This document shows, piece after piece, positions 45,102 through 55,569 of a stretch of DNA of 64,000 nucleotides (the first letter of the stretch is position 1; every line of letters begins with the position of its first letter). The translations under genes and the position numbers were made by a program. The notes below the pieces were generated by a model. That model searched no databases. It was not told where the DNA came from and worked only from the letters and a program-made list of their open reading frames with translations. Origin of the DNA: an uncultured Eubacteriales bacterium (lineage in GTDB: Bacteria > Bacillota > Clostridia > Christensenellales > CAG-138); contig CADAPG010000005.1 in NCBI GenBank assembly GCA_902789675.1, forward strand, positions 868-64,867, read 5' to 3'.

Positions 45102-46538
45102 ATGGGAAAACTGTTTGTTACCGATACCATTCTGCGTGACGCGCATCAGTCGCTTGCCGCGACGCGCATGACCACGAAGGAGATGCTCCCCGCCTGCGAG
45201 ATGCTCGACGCGATCGGCTACTGGTCGCTGGAGGTCTGGGGCGGCGCGACGTTCGACTCCTGCCTCAGATACCTCAACGAGGATCCGTGGGAGCGTCTTC
45301 GCACGCTTAGAAAGGCACTGCCGAACACCAAGCTGCAGATGCTGTTCCGCGGACAGAACATCCTGGGCTACAAGCACTATGCGGACGACGTCGTCGAGCA
45401 GTTCTGCCGCAAGGCGATCGAAAACGGCATCGACGTGATCCGTATCTTCGACGCGCTGAACGATCCGAGAAACCTCGAAGCCGCGATCAAGTATACCAAG
45501 AAATACGGCGGCTTCTGCGAGACGGCGATCTCCTATACGACCTCGCCGGTGCACAGCGAGGAGTATTTCGTAAAGCTTAGTAAGGAGCTTGTCCAGATGG
45601 GCGCGGATTCGATCTGCATCAAGGATATGGCGAATCTTTTGCTCCCGTACGACGCATACTCTCTGGTGAAGAAGCTGAAGGCGGAGGTCGACATTCCGAT
45701 CCACCTGCACACGCACAACACCACCGGCACGGGCGACATGGTGCTTCTGAAGGCTGCGGAGGCGGGCGTCGACATCGTCGATACCGCGCTTTCCCCGCTC
45801 GGAAACGGCACCTCGCAGCCTGCGACCGAATCGCTCGTCGCAACGCTCAAGGGCACCGAACGCGACACCGGGCTGGACCTCAACGCGCTCTCGGAGTGCG
45901 CAAAGTATTTCCGTCAGGTCTACGAACGTCTCAAGCAGGACGGACTGATCTCCGATAAGTCCCTGCGCGTCGACACGAACACGCTCCTGTATCAGGTTCC
46001 GGGCGGCATGCTCTCGAACCTCATCAAGCAGCTTCGCGACGCGGGCGCGGAGGATAAGTATTACGACGTGCTCGCGGAGATCCCGCGGGTCAGAAAGGAC
46101 TTCGGCTACCCGCCTCTGGTCACGCCCACGAGTCAGATCGTCGGCACGCAGGCGGTGTTCAACGTGCTCGTCGGACGCTACAAGACCTTCCCGAACAACT
46201 CGAAGGCGCTGCTGCGCGGCGAATACGGAAAGCTTCCGGGACCCGTCAACGAGGAAGTGCGCAGAATGGCGATCGGCGACGAAGAGGTCGTCACCTGCCG
46301 TCCGGCGGACCTTCTGGAGCCGGAGCTTGAAAAGTACAAGGCGGAGCTCGGCGATCGCGCAAGAAGCGAGGAGGACGTTCTGAGCTATGCGCTGCTGCCG
46401 CAGGTTGCGATGAAGTATTTCGACTGGCGCGACGAGCAGGAGCGGAAGGCGAAAGAGCCCGCGCCCGAAAAGAAGGCGGAACCCGCGATCGACCCGAACG
46501 CGGTCCGTGAATTATATGTAGAGGACGTCAGTATCTGA
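45102..46538 (+). CDS. oadA: Oxaloacetate decarboxylase alpha / pyruvate-carboxylase-B-type carboxyltransferase (no fused biotin domain)
   Basis: TDTILRDAHQSLAATRMTT TIM-barrel carboxyltransferase signature. GAGGAGG RBS. Confidence 0.85.
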   Translation: MGKLFVTDTILRDAHQSLAATRMTTKEMLPACEMLDAIGYWSLEVWGGATFDSCLRYLNEDPWERLRTLRKALPNTKLQMLFRGQNILGYKHYADDVVEQFCRKAIENGIDVIRIFDALNDPRNLEAAIKYTKKYGGFCETAISYTTSPVHSEEYFVKLSKELVQMGADSICIKDMANLLLPYDAYSLVKKLKAEVDIPIHLHTHNTTGTGDMVLLKAAEAGVDIVDTALSPLGNGTSQPATESLVATLKGTERDTGLDLNALSECAKYFRQVYERLKQDGLISDKSLRVDTNTLLYQVPGGMLSNLIKQLRDAGAEDKYYDVLAEIPRVRKDFGYPPLVTPTSQIVGTQAVFNVLVGRYKTFPNNSKALLRGEYGKLPGPVNEEVRRMAIGDEEVVTCRPADLLEPELEKYKAELGDRARSEEDVLSYALLPQVAMKYFDWRDEQERKAKEPAPEKKAEPAIDPNAVRELYVEDVSI

Positions 46539-47156
46539 ATGAAGCACATTCCCAACATCCTGTCAAGTCTGCGGATCGCCATGGTCGGCGTATTCGCATG
46601 GCTGTTCCTGACGGCGAAGATCCCGCATCCCGCGAACTATCTCTGGGCGCTCGGCGTATTCGTGCTGGCGTTCGTCACCGACGTGCTGGACGGATTTCTG
46701 GCGCGCCGGTTCAACTGGGTCACGCCGGTCGGCAAGCTTCTGGACCCGCTCGCGGATAAGCTGATGATGATCACCGCGCTGATCGTGATCCTGATCGGCA
46801 AGTTCGACGACGATCTCTTCTGGGTCTACCTCGTGCTGGTGATCCTCATCGTGGTCAAGGAAGGGCTCATGGTCGCCGGCGGGCTGGTGATGCTGCGACA
46901 GCACAAGGTCGCGTATTCCGACTGGTACGGCAAAACGGCGACGGGGCTGTTTGCGATCGGCACCGTGATGACGCTGGTGAGTTTTGTGGTCCCGAAGATG
47001 GAGCCGTGGAACATCGCCGTGCTTTCGGCGGCGATCGGACTCGGATACGTTGCGCTGACGCACTACGCAAGGACGCAGCTGTTCGTGCCGAACAAGACGG
47101 ATCCGAGCGAGGACGAACAGAAATTATTCGATAAGTTCGACCGATTGGCGAAATAA
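46539..47156 (+). CDS. pgsA: CDP-diacylglycerol-glycerol-3-phosphate 3-phosphatidyltransferase
   Basis: CDP-alcohol phosphatidyltransferase motif DVLDGFLARRFNWVTPVGKLLDPLADKL. Confidence 0.85.
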   Translation: MKHIPNILSSLRIAMVGVFAWLFLTAKIPHPANYLWALGVFVLAFVTDVLDGFLARRFNWVTPVGKLLDPLADKLMMITALIVILIGKFDDDLFWVYLVLVILIVVKEGLMVAGGLVMLRQHKVAYSDWYGKTATGLFAIGTVMTLVSFVVPKMEPWNIAVLSAAIGLGYVALTHYARTQLFVPNKTDPSEDEQKLFDKFDRLAK

Positions 47157-47159
47157 TGC

Positions 47160-47188
47160 TTGCAATCCGGACAATACTGTGATATACT
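47160..47188 (+). promoter_or_regulatory. SigA-type promoter TTGCAA-N17-TATACT for the rimP-nusA-infB operon
   Basis: Hexamers and spacing read directly. Confidence 0.55.
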
Positions 47189-47211
47189 GCGTCTGTTGGT
47201 ATGTTGAACTT

Positions 47212-47243
47212 GAAGGAGTGGGGAGATCCCACTCCTTCGTTTT
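47212..47243 (+). terminator. Leader hairpin plus U-tract (candidate attenuator) upstream of rimP
   Basis: GAAGGAGTGGG-gagat-CCCACTCCTTC followed by gtttt, between the promoter and ATG47261. Confidence 0.5.
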
Positions 47244-47260
47244 GAGAGAGGAAGCGCGAT

Positions 47261-47716
47261 ATGAAAACGACCGAGATCTGTGAAAATCTCTGCAAAGCGA
47301 AGATCGAATCCATGGGGTTCGAGCTCTGCGACGTGGAATATCAGAAGGAATACGGCGACTGGGTGCTGACGTTCTATATCGATAAGCCCCGCGGCGTAAC
47401 GATCGACGAATGCGAGGAAGTCAGCCGCGCGATCGAACCGATCCTGGACGAAGCGGATCCGATCGAGTCGGAATACGTGCTTTCGGTCTCGTCGCTCGGC
47501 ATCGACCGCCCGCTCAAAAAGGACCGCGATTTCGAACGCGCGATGGGCACGGAGCTTGAGATCAAGCTCTACGCGCCGCAGGGCGGCAAAAAGCAATGGA
47601 TCGGGACGCTGACCGCATACGACGCGGACAGCTTCACCGTGGAAACGGAATCGGGGGAGACGCTCACCGTCAAAAAGAAGGACTGCGCGCTCGTCCGTCC
47701 GAATATCAGATTTTAA
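47261..47716 (+). CDS. rimP: Ribosome maturation factor RimP
   Basis: 151 aa, directly upstream of nusA. GFELCDVEYQKEYGDWVLTFYIDKPRGVTIDECEEVSR is typical. Confidence 0.85.
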   Translation: MKTTEICENLCKAKIESMGFELCDVEYQKEYGDWVLTFYIDKPRGVTIDECEEVSRAIEPILDEADPIESEYVLSVSSLGIDRPLKKDRDFERAMGTELEIKLYAPQGGKKQWIGTLTAYDADSFTVETESGETLTVKKKDCALVRPNIRF

Positions 47717-47748
47717 TCACCAGGTTTCAGAACAGAAAGGAAAGAACC

Positions 47749-48825
47749 ATGAACGCAGAGTTTATCGAAGCATTGAACGCGCTGGAAAAGGAGCGCGGCA
47801 TCAAAAAGTCCGTGCTGCTCTCCGCATTTGAAGCGGCGCTGATCGTTGCCTATAAGCGCAACTACAATTCGACCGCGAACGTCCGCGCGGAGGTCGACGG
47901 CGACACCGGCGACTACCACATCTACGCGAGCAAGACCGTCGTCGAAAAGGTCGAGACCCCCTCCATGGAGATCTCGCTCGAACGCGCAAAGAAGATCAAT
48001 CCGCTCTACGAGCTCGGCGACGTGCTCGAGGAGGAAGCCTTCACGAAGGATTTCGGACGCATTGCGGCGCAGACCGCGAAGCAGGTCATGGTGCAGCGCA
48101 TCCGCGAGGCGGAACGCGGCAACATCTACGACGAATACATTGAGAAGGAAAACGAGATTCTGACCGCGATCGTGCAGCGCGTCGAAAAGGGCAACGCGTA
48201 CGTCGAGCTCGGCAAGACGGACGGCATCCTCACCGAAAAGGAAATGATCCCCGGCGAGCAGTACGAGATGAACGAGCGCATCAAGGTCTACGTCCTCGAA
48301 GTCCGCAAGGAAAACAAGGGTCCGCAGGTCGTCGTGAGCCGCACGCACCCGGGTCTTGTCAAGCGTCTCTTCGAGCTGGAGGTGCCGGAGATCATGAGCG
48401 GCACCGTGCAGATCAAGTCGATCGCGCGCGAAGCGGGCTTCCGCACCAAGGTCTCCGTGTTCTCGACGGATCCGCAGGTCGACGCGGTCGGCGCCTGCGT
48501 GGGTCCGCGCGGCGCGCGCGTGGAGCGCATCGTCAACGAGCTGCACAACGAGAAGATCGACATCATCGAGTACGATTCCGACAGCGCAATCTATATCGCG
48601 AAGGCGCTGAGCCCCGCGAAGGTGCTGATGGTCTACGTCAATGAGGACGAAAAAGCGGCGCGCGTGGTCGTGCCGGATTCGCAGCTTTCGCTTGCCATCG
48701 GCAAGGAGGGTCAGAACGCGCGTCTTGCGGCGAAGCTGACCGGCTGGAAGATCGACATCAAGAGCCAGTCGCAGGCGGACGCGGCGGTGGACGCGGCGAC
48801 GGCGGAACGGAACGCGGAGGAGTAA
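47749..48825 (+). CDS. nusA: Transcription termination/antitermination factor NusA
   Basis: MNAEFIEALNALEKERGI start with S1 and KH domains. The upstream extension was rejected. Confidence 0.95.
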   Translation: MNAEFIEALNALEKERGIKKSVLLSAFEAALIVAYKRNYNSTANVRAEVDGDTGDYHIYASKTVVEKVETPSMEISLERAKKINPLYELGDVLEEEAFTKDFGRIAAQTAKQVMVQRIREAERGNIYDEYIEKENEILTAIVQRVEKGNAYVELGKTDGILTEKEMIPGEQYEMNERIKVYVLEVRKENKGPQVVVSRTHPGLVKRLFELEVPEIMSGTVQIKSIAREAGFRTKVSVFSTDPQVDAVGACVGPRGARVERIVNELHNEKIDIIEYDSDSAIYIAKALSPAKVLMVYVNEDEKAARVVVPDSQLSLAIGKEGQNARLAAKLTGWKIDIKSQSQADAAVDAATAERNAEE

Positions 48826-48829
48826 GCGC

Positions 48830-49105
48830 TTGAAAAAGATCCCGATGCGGATGTGCGTCGCCTGCCGCGAGATGCGGGCGAAGAAGGACCTGATGCGCGT
48901 GGTGAAGACCGCGGAGGGCGAGCTTCGGCTCGACACGACCGGAAAGCTGAACGGCCGCGGCGCATACCTGTGCCGCAGCGCGGAGTGCCTCAAAAAGGCG
49001 GTCAAGACCCGCGCCCTGGAACGCGCGCTGGAAGCGCCGACGAACGAAACGCTGCTTGCGGCGCTGGAATCGGAGATCGGACATGGGGACGGATCGGCTG
49101 TATAA
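48830..49105 (+). CDS. ylxR: YlxR/RnpM (DUF448) RNA-binding protein
   Basis: KKIPMRMCVACREMRAKKDLMRVV and GRGAYLC motifs. TTG start. Confidence 0.85.
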   Translation: MKKIPMRMCVACREMRAKKDLMRVVKTAEGELRLDTTGKLNGRGAYLCRSAECLKKAVKTRALERALEAPTNETLLAALESEIGHGDGSAV

Positions 49106-49397
49106 CGCGATCGGACTTTGTCAGAGAGCGGGCAAGGCGCAGAGCGGCGCATTCGCCGCGGAGAAAGCGATCCGCGCCGGCAAGGCGAAGCTGGTCCTTT
49201 TGGAGGAGACCGCGTCCGAGGCGACAAGGACGCATTACGAACAACTGTGCGCCGCGCACGGCGTTCCGCTTTACGGGGTGGAGACCGTGGGGCGCGCGAT
49301 CGGAAAGGACGCCCGCATCGTGATGGCGGTGACGGACGCGAATTTCCGGGACATGATAGAACGCGCAATGCGCAATACCGATGAAAAGCGGGGATGA
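49083..49397 (+). CDS. ylxQ: L7Ae-family ribosome-associated protein (YlxQ-like)
   Basis: [31 protein letters not shown]. Sits between ylxR and infB as in Bacillus. Confidence 0.8.
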   Translation: MGTDRLYNAIGLCQRAGKAQSGAFAAEKAIRAGKAKLVLLEETASEATRTHYEQLCAAHGVPLYGVETVGRAIGKDARIVMAVTDANFRDMIERAMRNTDEKRG

Positions 49398-51901
49398 GTA
49401 TGGCAACGAATTTTCTGGATACTGCAAAAAGTTTAAAAGAGGAGATGCAGGCGCTTCTGAATAAGCTCGAGGCGGCGAAGGGTACGATCGGTACGCTTCT
49501 CGACGCCGCGCGCCGCACGGAAGGCAGCATGATCGACCGCGAAGAGCGGGAGAAGCAGGAGCGCGAGGAACGCGAACGCGCCGAGCGTCTCAAAGCGATG
49601 CTCGAGAGCGACACGGACGTCGTCGCGCATGCCGGCGGAACGGACGAGCCCGAGCCGAAGGCGGAGGAGCCTGCGCCGGCGGCGGTCGAGCCGCAGCCGG
49701 AACCCGTCGCGCCCGAAAAGCCTGCGGAGGTAAAGAAGGCGCCGGAGCAGAAGCCGCAGCGCCCGCAGCAGCCGCGCGAGCAGCGTGAACCGCGCGAGCA
49801 GCGTCCGCGCAGCGAAGGACAGCGTCCGCAGCAGGGCGATCGCCGTTCGGGCGAGAACGATCGCAGGCAGAACGACAGCCGCGGTCCGCACCGCGACGCA
49901 AACGCCGGTTCGCAGCGCGCCGTGATGATCAATCCGCCGGGTCCTGCGGATACCGGCAAGCAGAGGACCGACAAGAAAAAGACGTTTGACACAACAGATA
50001 AAAAGGCAAAGAACAAGAAAACCATGATGAAAGAACAGGGCCCGACCGCGCGCGGCTGGGAAGACGACGGACAGATGGGCAACCGCCGCAAGGTGAAGCG
50101 GCATGAAGCGGAGGCGCAGCAGCCGAAGCCCGCGCCCGTCGTGATCGACCACGCGGTGATCACCACCGAAACGATCACGGTCAAGGACCTTTCCGAAAAA
50201 CTCGGCAAGCCCGCAAACGAGATCCTGAAGAAGCTCCTGATGCTCGGCATCATCGCGAACATCAACCAGGAGCTGGATTTCGACACCTGCGAGCTCATCG
50301 CCGGAGAGTTCAATATCACGCTCGAACAGCAGCTTGCAAAGTCGTTTGAGGACGTCCTTCTGGACGCGGCGGACGACGTCGACGCGCCGGAAACGCTGAA
50401 ACCGCGTCCCCCGGTCGTCACGATCATGGGTCACGTCGACCACGGCAAGACGTCGCTCCTCGACGCGATCCGCAACTCGCACGTCACCGCGGGCGAGGCG
50501 GGCGGCATCACGCAGCACATCGGCGCGTACACCGTCACCCTGAACGGCAAGCAGATCACCTTCATCGACACGCCGGGTCACGAGGCGTTCACCGCCATGC
50601 GTGCCCGCGGCGCGCAGGTCACGGACGTCGTCATCCTCGTCGTTGCGGCGGACGACGGCATCATGCCGCAGACGATCGAGGCGATCAACCACGCGAAGGC
50701 GGCGGGCGTTCCGATCGTCGTCGCGATCAACAAGATCGACCGCGACACCGCGGATCCCGAGCGCGTCAAGCAGCAGCTCACCGAATACGGTCTCGTCACC
50801 GAGGAATGGGGCGGCGACACGATCTGCGTGCCGGTTTCGGCAAAGAAGCAGATCAACCTCGATCAGCTCCTCGAAATGGTTCTGCTGCAGGCGGACGTTC
50901 TGGAGCTCAAGGCGAATCCCGACCGTCTTGCGAAGGGCACGATCATCGAGGCGCAGCTCGACAAGGCGCGCGGTCCCGTGGCGACCGTTCTCGTGCAGAA
51001 CGGCACGCTGAAGAAGGGCGACATGATCGTCGCGGGCACGGCGTTCGGCAAGGTCCGCGCCATGATGGACGACAAGGGCAGGCTCGTCAATTCCGCGGGT
51101 CCGTCCATGCCGGTCGAGGTGCTCGGCTTCAACGAGGTCCCGGCGGCGGGCGATATGCTGTTTGCGGCGAACGACGACAAGCTGAGCCGTCAGGTCGCCG
51201 ACGAACGCCGTCAGAAGGCAAAGGCGGCGCAGGTCAAGCAGGCGCAGAAGGTCTCCCTGGACGACCTGTTCAGCCAGATGGCGGAGGGCGATCTCAAGGA
51301 GCTCAACCTGATCGTCAAGGCGGACGTGCAGGGCTCGGTCGAGGCGGTCAAGCAGTCGCTTGAAAAGCTTTCGAACGAGGAAGTCCGCGTGAAGGTCATT
51401 CACAGCGGCGTCGGCGCGATCACCGGATCGGACATCATGTTCGCGTCCGCGTCGAACGCGATCGTCATCGGCTTCAACGTGCGTCCGGATTCTACGGCGC
51501 GCACCGCGGCCGAAAAGGAAAAGGTCGACGTCCGCACGTACCGCGTCATCTACAACGCGATCGAGGACGTGCAGAACGCCATGAAGGGCATGTTCAAGCC
51601 CGTCTATCAGGAGGTCGAACTCGGCCGCTGCACGGTCCGCAGCACGTTCCGCATCTCCGGCGTCGGCACGATCGCGGGCGCGTACGTCAACGAGGGCAAG
51701 GTCACGAGAACGGCGCAGGTCCGCGTGGTCCGCGGCGGCATCGTTCTGCACGACGGCAAGATCGGCTCGCTGAAGCGCTTCAAGGACGACGCGAAGGAAG
51801 TCATGGCGGGCTACGAGTGCGGTATCTCGATCGAGAACTTCAACGACATCCTCGAGGACGACGTGATCGAATGCTATGAGATGGAGGAAGTGAAGCGCTG
51901 A
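49394..51901 (+). CDS. infB: Translation initiation factor IF-2
   Basis: Low-complexity N-terminus. GTPase motifs [22 protein letters not shown] and NKID. Confidence 0.95.
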   Translation: MSMATNFLDTAKSLKEEMQALLNKLEAAKGTIGTLLDAARRTEGSMIDREEREKQEREERERAERLKAMLESDTDVVAHAGGTDEPEPKAEEPAPAAVEPQPEPVAPEKPAEVKKAPEQKPQRPQQPREQREPREQRPRSEGQRPQQGDRRSGENDRRQNDSRGPHRDANAGSQRAVMINPPGPADTGKQRTDKKKTFDTTDKKAKNKKTMMKEQGPTARGWEDDGQMGNRRKVKRHEAEAQQPKPAPVVIDHAVITTETITVKDLSEKLGKPANEILKKLLMLGIIANINQELDFDTCELIAGEFNITLEQQLAKSFEDVLLDAADDVDAPETLKPRPPVVTIMGHVDHGKTSLLDAIRNSHVTAGEAGGITQHIGAYTVTLNGKQITFIDTPGHEAFTAMRARGAQVTDVVILVVAADDGIMPQTIEAINHAKAAGVPIVVAINKIDRDTADPERVKQQLTEYGLVTEEWGGDTICVPVSAKKQINLDQLLEMVLLQADVLELKANPDRLAKGTIIEAQLDKARGPVATVLVQNGTLKKGDMIVAGTAFGKVRAMMDDKGRLVNSAGPSMPVEVLGFNEVPAAGDMLFAANDDKLSRQVADERRQKAKAAQVKQAQKVSLDDLFSQMAEGDLKELNLIVKADVQGSVEAVKQSLEKLSNEEVRVKVIHSGVGAITGSDIMFASASNAIVIGFNVRPDSTARTAAEKEKVDVRTYRVIYNAIEDVQNAMKGMFKPVYQEVELGRCTVRSTFRISGVGTIAGAYVNEGKVTRTAQVRVVRGGIVLHDGKIGSLKRFKDDAKEVMAGYECGISIENFNDILEDDVIECYEMEEVKR

Positions 51902-52275
51902 TGGCAAAGGTCAGAAACGAACGGCTCCGCGAGGAGCTCAAAAAGACGGTCAGCGCGATCATCTTCGATATGAAGGATCCGCGGATCCCGGCGGTGACCT
52001 CGATCACCGAGATGGAGATCACGCCCGATCTCAAATACGCGAAGGCGCACGTGTCCGTGTACGACGCGGACGAGAACGCGGCAAAGACCGCGGTCGACGC
52101 GCTGAACCATGCGGCAGGCTTCATCGGACATGAAGTAGGAAGCCGCATGACGATCCGCCGCGTGCCGGCGATCAAGTTTGTGGCGGACGATTCGATCGCC
52201 TATTCGGTGCATATCTCCGAGGTGATCCGCTCGCTGCACAAGGACGACAAACCCGAAAAGGAGCCGGAAGCATGA
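51901..52275 (+). CDS. rbfA: Ribosome-binding factor A
   Basis: 124 aa. KDPRIPAVTSITEMEITPDLKYAKAHVSV is typical. TGATG overlap with infB. Confidence 0.9.
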   Translation: MAKVRNERLREELKKTVSAIIFDMKDPRIPAVTSITEMEITPDLKYAKAHVSVYDADENAAKTAVDALNHAAGFIGHEVGSRMTIRRVPAIKFVADDSIAYSVHISEVIRSLHKDDKPEKEPEA

Positions 52276-53228
52276 ACCTCGAACGGGCGAAGGCGTTCAT
52301 ACAATCGCATCAAAACTTTGTTCTGGCAGCCCACCAGTCGCCCGACGGCGACACGCTGGGCTCTTGCCTTGCTTTGCGGGCGGCGCTGCTTTCGATGGGC
52401 AAGACGGCGCAGGTCGTCTGTCCCGACCGCGTTCCGCCGGTGCTCGGCTTTCTCGTCGGCGCCGATACGATGACCGGCACGGACGGGATCGAACCGCCCG
52501 CAGAGGCGGTGATCTACGTCGACTGCGCGGATCATAAGCGCACCGGCGCGCTCAAAGAAGCGCTCGAAGCCGCGCCGTATCAGTTCTGCATCGACCATCA
52601 CGGCACGAATCCGAAAGAGACGAAGGACGGCGACTGGGTGGAGGAGGTTTCCGCGACGGGCGAGCTGATCCTGCGCTTGCTCGAAGCGCTGGACGTTCCG
52701 GTCACAAGGGAGATCGCGATCGCGCTGTATACGGCGATCGCCACCGATACCGGCAATTTCTCGTACGGGAATACCTCTCCGGAGGCGTTCGAGGCGGCGG
52801 CGAAGCTTTTGGCGCACGGCATCAATCTGCCGGAGCTGAACCGCGTGCTGTTCCGCGAAATGCCGGTCAGCAAAGCGAAGATGATCGCCTATACGCTCGG
52901 GCACATGGAGCTTTCGGCGGACGGGCGGCTGAACCTTTGCGCGATCCCCGCGTCCGCGCTCAGGGACTGCGGCGCGACCAAGGAGGACTGCGAGGGGCTG
53001 ATCGACTGGCTGCGCGATATCGACACGGTCGAGGCGGCGTGCGTGCTGCGCGAAAGCGACGGCTGCGTGCGCGTGAGCATGCGCAGCAAACGGTATTGCG
53101 ACGTGGCGGCGATCGCAAAGCGCTTCGGCGGCGGCGGACATGTCGCCGCGGCGGGCTGCACGCTGTATCTGCCTCTGGACGAGGCGACGGCAGCCATGCG
53201 CGACGCGCTCATCGAGGCACTGCAATGA
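52272..53228 (+). CDS. nrnA: DHH-family phosphoesterase (NrnA-like oligoribonuclease/pAp phosphatase)
   Basis: DGDTLGS, DHH and GGGH motifs. Confidence 0.85.
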   Translation: MNLERAKAFIQSHQNFVLAAHQSPDGDTLGSCLALRAALLSMGKTAQVVCPDRVPPVLGFLVGADTMTGTDGIEPPAEAVIYVDCADHKRTGALKEALEAAPYQFCIDHHGTNPKETKDGDWVEEVSATGELILRLLEALDVPVTREIAIALYTAIATDTGNFSYGNTSPEAFEAAAKLLAHGINLPELNRVLFREMPVSKAKMIAYTLGHMELSADGRLNLCAIPASALRDCGATKEDCEGLIDWLRDIDTVEAACVLRESDGCVRVSMRSKRYCDVAAIAKRFGGGGHVAAAGCTLYLPLDEATAAMRDALIEALQ

Positions 53229-54094
53229 TCGAGGGGATCGTGACCGTGCTGAAGCCGCCTGCGATGTCCTCGAGCGACGTCGTGGTGGACGTACGGAAAA
53301 TCTTTGAAACGAAGCGCGTCGGACATCTCGGGACGCTGGATCCCGAGGCGGCGGGCGTTCTGCCCGTGTGCGTCGGACGCGCGGTGCGGCTGTTCGATTA
53401 TCTGGTCGACAAGCGAAAGACCTATCTTGCCGAGATCGCGTTCGGTGTAAGCACCGACACGCAGGACGCGCAGGGGAAGGTGCTCGAAACGAGCGGCGCG
53501 ATCGTGACGGAGGACATGCTGGACGCGGTCCTCAAGCGCTTTACCGGCACGATCCTGCAGACGCCGCCGATGTATTCCGCGCTGAAATGCAACGGACAGA
53601 AGCTTTACGACCTCGCGCTTTCGGGGAAGGAGATCCCGGACAAATCGCGCGAGGTGGAGATCTTTGCGCTCCGGCGCGTCGGAACGCGCGGCGAAAACCG
53701 GTTTCTGATCGAAACGACCTGCTCGCGCGGGACGTATATCCGCACGCTCTGCGCCGACATCGGCAAGGCGGTCGGCGTGCCCGCGCACATGGCGTTTCTG
53801 CTGCGGACCGCGTCCGGACCGTTCACGCTCGAACACGCGCATTCGATCGCGGAGCTTACGCAGATGAAAGCGGAGGGGCGTCTTGCGGACGCGCTCACAA
53901 GCTGCGAGGACGCGCTCGGATTCTTGCCGCGGCTGGACCTTGCGCGCGATCGCAGAAAGCCCGCGATGAACGGGCTGCCCACGCGCACGAACGCGGCGGA
54001 CGGCACGTACCGCCTTTACTGCGAAGGCTTCCTCGGCGTCGGCGCCGTGCAGAACGGCAACGCCGTGCTGAAAGTACACTTATACGGGGAATGA
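53225..54094 (+). CDS. truB: tRNA pseudouridine-55 synthase
   Basis: GHLGTLDPEAAGVLPVCVG. ATGA overlap with nrnA. The upstream extension was rejected. Confidence 0.95.
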   Translation: MIEGIVTVLKPPAMSSSDVVVDVRKIFETKRVGHLGTLDPEAAGVLPVCVGRAVRLFDYLVDKRKTYLAEIAFGVSTDTQDAQGKVLETSGAIVTEDMLDAVLKRFTGTILQTPPMYSALKCNGQKLYDLALSGKEIPDKSREVEIFALRRVGTRGENRFLIETTCSRGTYIRTLCADIGKAVGVPAHMAFLLRTASGPFTLEHAHSIAELTQMKAEGRLADALTSCEDALGFLPRLDLARDRRKPAMNGLPTRTNAADGTYRLYCEGFLGVGAVQNGNAVLKVHLYGE

Positions 54095-54100
54095 CAACCC

Positions 54101-54185
54101 CTCAGTCGCCTTGCGGCGACAGCTCCCCTTGCACAGGGGAGCCAAGACTGACTGAAACAGCTCGCCTTACACGGCGGAGCAGGGA
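54101..54185 (+). repeat. REP-like GC-rich triple-hairpin element between truB and ribF
   Basis: Hairpins GTCGCC-ttgc-GGCGAC and CTCCCCT-tgcac-AGGGGAG, plus the imperfect GCTCGCC...GGCGGAGC. Confidence 0.6.
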
Positions 54186-54195
54186 ATGACGGAGG

Positions 54196-55125
54196 ATGCA
54201 AACGGGTATGAACCAAACGGTTGTGGCGCTGGGAATGTTCGACGGGGTGCACCTTGCGCATCGGGCGCTGTTGCGGAAAGCGGCGGAGATCGCGCACGCG
54301 AACGGCGACGAGGCGGTTGCGTTTACCTACGACAATCACCCGCGCGAGCTGTTTTCCGGCACGTTTTCGTACCTTTGCACCCGGGAACAGCGCGACGCGC
54401 TGATCCGCGCCGCGGGCTGCGACCGCATGGACAGCATTCCGTTCGACGCGGCGTTTGCCGCCATGACGCCGGAGCAGTTCGCGGATTGGCTTACGGCGCG
54501 CTACGAGGGCGGAATTTCCGCGATCGTGGTCGGCTTCGATTATCGCTTCGGCGCAAAGGCGGCGGGCGATACGGACACGCTCAGGACGCTGTGCGGGGCG
54601 CGGGGCATTGCCCTGACCGTGATCGACGAGGTCAGGGTCGGCGGCGAGAGCTGTTCCTCCACGAACATCCGCGAGGCGATCCGGGCGGGGGACATGGCGC
54701 GCGCAGAACGGATGCTGGGACGTCCCTACGTGCTGTCGGGCGAGGTTGTGCACGCAAAGGCTTTGGGACGCCGGTTCGACTGTCCGACGGCGAATCTCGA
54801 CGCGGGGCTGCAGCTTCTGCCGAAGGACGGCGTCTACGCGACGGAGCTGCTGTTTGAAAGGAACCGATACGACGCGGTGACCAACGTGGGCACGAACCCC
54901 ACGGTCGGCGGAAGCGCCCGCACCGTGGAGACGCACGCGATCGGTCAATCGCTCGATCTCTACGGAAAGCGGATCGAGGTCGCGTTTTTGAAGCGCCTCC
55001 GGGACGAGAAACGGTTTGAAACGAAGGATCTGCTGTTTGCGCAGATCCGGGCGGACGCCGCGGAAGCAAAAAAAGTTTGCGAAGAACGCAAAAAAAGTGT
55101 TTACAATTCGGAACCGTTGTGCTAA
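54196..55125 (+). CDS. ribF: Bifunctional riboflavin kinase / FMN adenylyltransferase (ATG54208 is an alternative start)
   Basis: VALGMFDGVHLAHRAL and the C-terminal riboflavin kinase region. Confidence 0.9.
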   Translation: MQTGMNQTVVALGMFDGVHLAHRALLRKAAEIAHANGDEAVAFTYDNHPRELFSGTFSYLCTREQRDALIRAAGCDRMDSIPFDAAFAAMTPEQFADWLTARYEGGISAIVVGFDYRFGAKAAGDTDTLRTLCGARGIALTVIDEVRVGGESCSSTNIREAIRAGDMARAERMLGRPYVLSGEVVHAKALGRRFDCPTANLDAGLQLLPKDGVYATELLFERNRYDAVTNVGTNPTVGGSARTVETHAIGQSLDLYGKRIEVAFLKRLRDEKRFETKDLLFAQIRADAAEAKKVCEERKKSVYNSEPLC

Positions 55126-55218
55126 ACTGTCAAAGGTTAAACCGTAAGCTGGGTTGATGCGACTCTCCGACGCCATACGCAGCCTGCGGGGATACGAAAT
55201 AAAAGGAGGAAAACAACT

Positions 55219-55473
55219 ATGACGAAACAGGAAATCATCGCAAAGTACGCGCTGCACGAGGGCGACACGGGTTCTCCCGAGGTTCAGATCGCGCTTCTCA
55301 CCGAACGCATCAACCACCTCAACGAGCACCTCAAGGTCAACCAGAAGGACCATCACTCCCGCCGCGGTCTTCTGAAGATGGTCGGTACCCGCAGGGGTCT
55401 TCTGAACTATCTGAAGGAAAAGGACATCGAGCGTTACAGAGCGATCATCGCAGCATTGAACCTCAGAAAGTAA
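55219..55473 (+). CDS. rpsO: 30S ribosomal protein S15
   Basis: [51 protein letters not shown]. Confidence 0.95.
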   Translation: MTKQEIIAKYALHEGDTGSPEVQIALLTERINHLNEHLKVNQKDHHSRRGLLKMVGTRRGLLNYLKEKDIERYRAIIAALNLRK

Positions 55474-55480
55474 GTGAAAA

Positions 55481-55512
55481 AGGCGGGGGTTTTATTCCCC
55501 GCCTCACTTTTT
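55481..55512 (+). terminator. Intrinsic terminator after rpsO
   Basis: AGGCGGGG ... CCCCGCCT followed by cacttttt. Confidence 0.75.
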
Positions 55513-55569
55513 GGGCGCTGCACTTTGAAAGGCAATTATTAAATAAAGATAAAGAGGAAAAAAGACAAA

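Noticed and set aside
43536-45716. 726-aa minus-strand ORF
   Set aside because: It is antisense to the BCCP, oadB and oadA genes, and the sequence is low-complexity and Arg-rich.
43170-46538. The decarboxylase operon as something unusual (separate BCCP and carboxyltransferase genes)
   Set aside because: The OadG-BCCP-beta-carboxyltransferase arrangement is a known layout for Na+-translocating decarboxylases in anaerobic Firmicutes, so it is ordinary core metabolism.
47713-51907. 904-aa and 824-aa minus-strand ORFs
   Set aside because: They are antisense to nusA, ylxR and infB, which are conserved housekeeping genes with clear motifs. The ORFs are Arg/Ser/Ala-rich artefacts.
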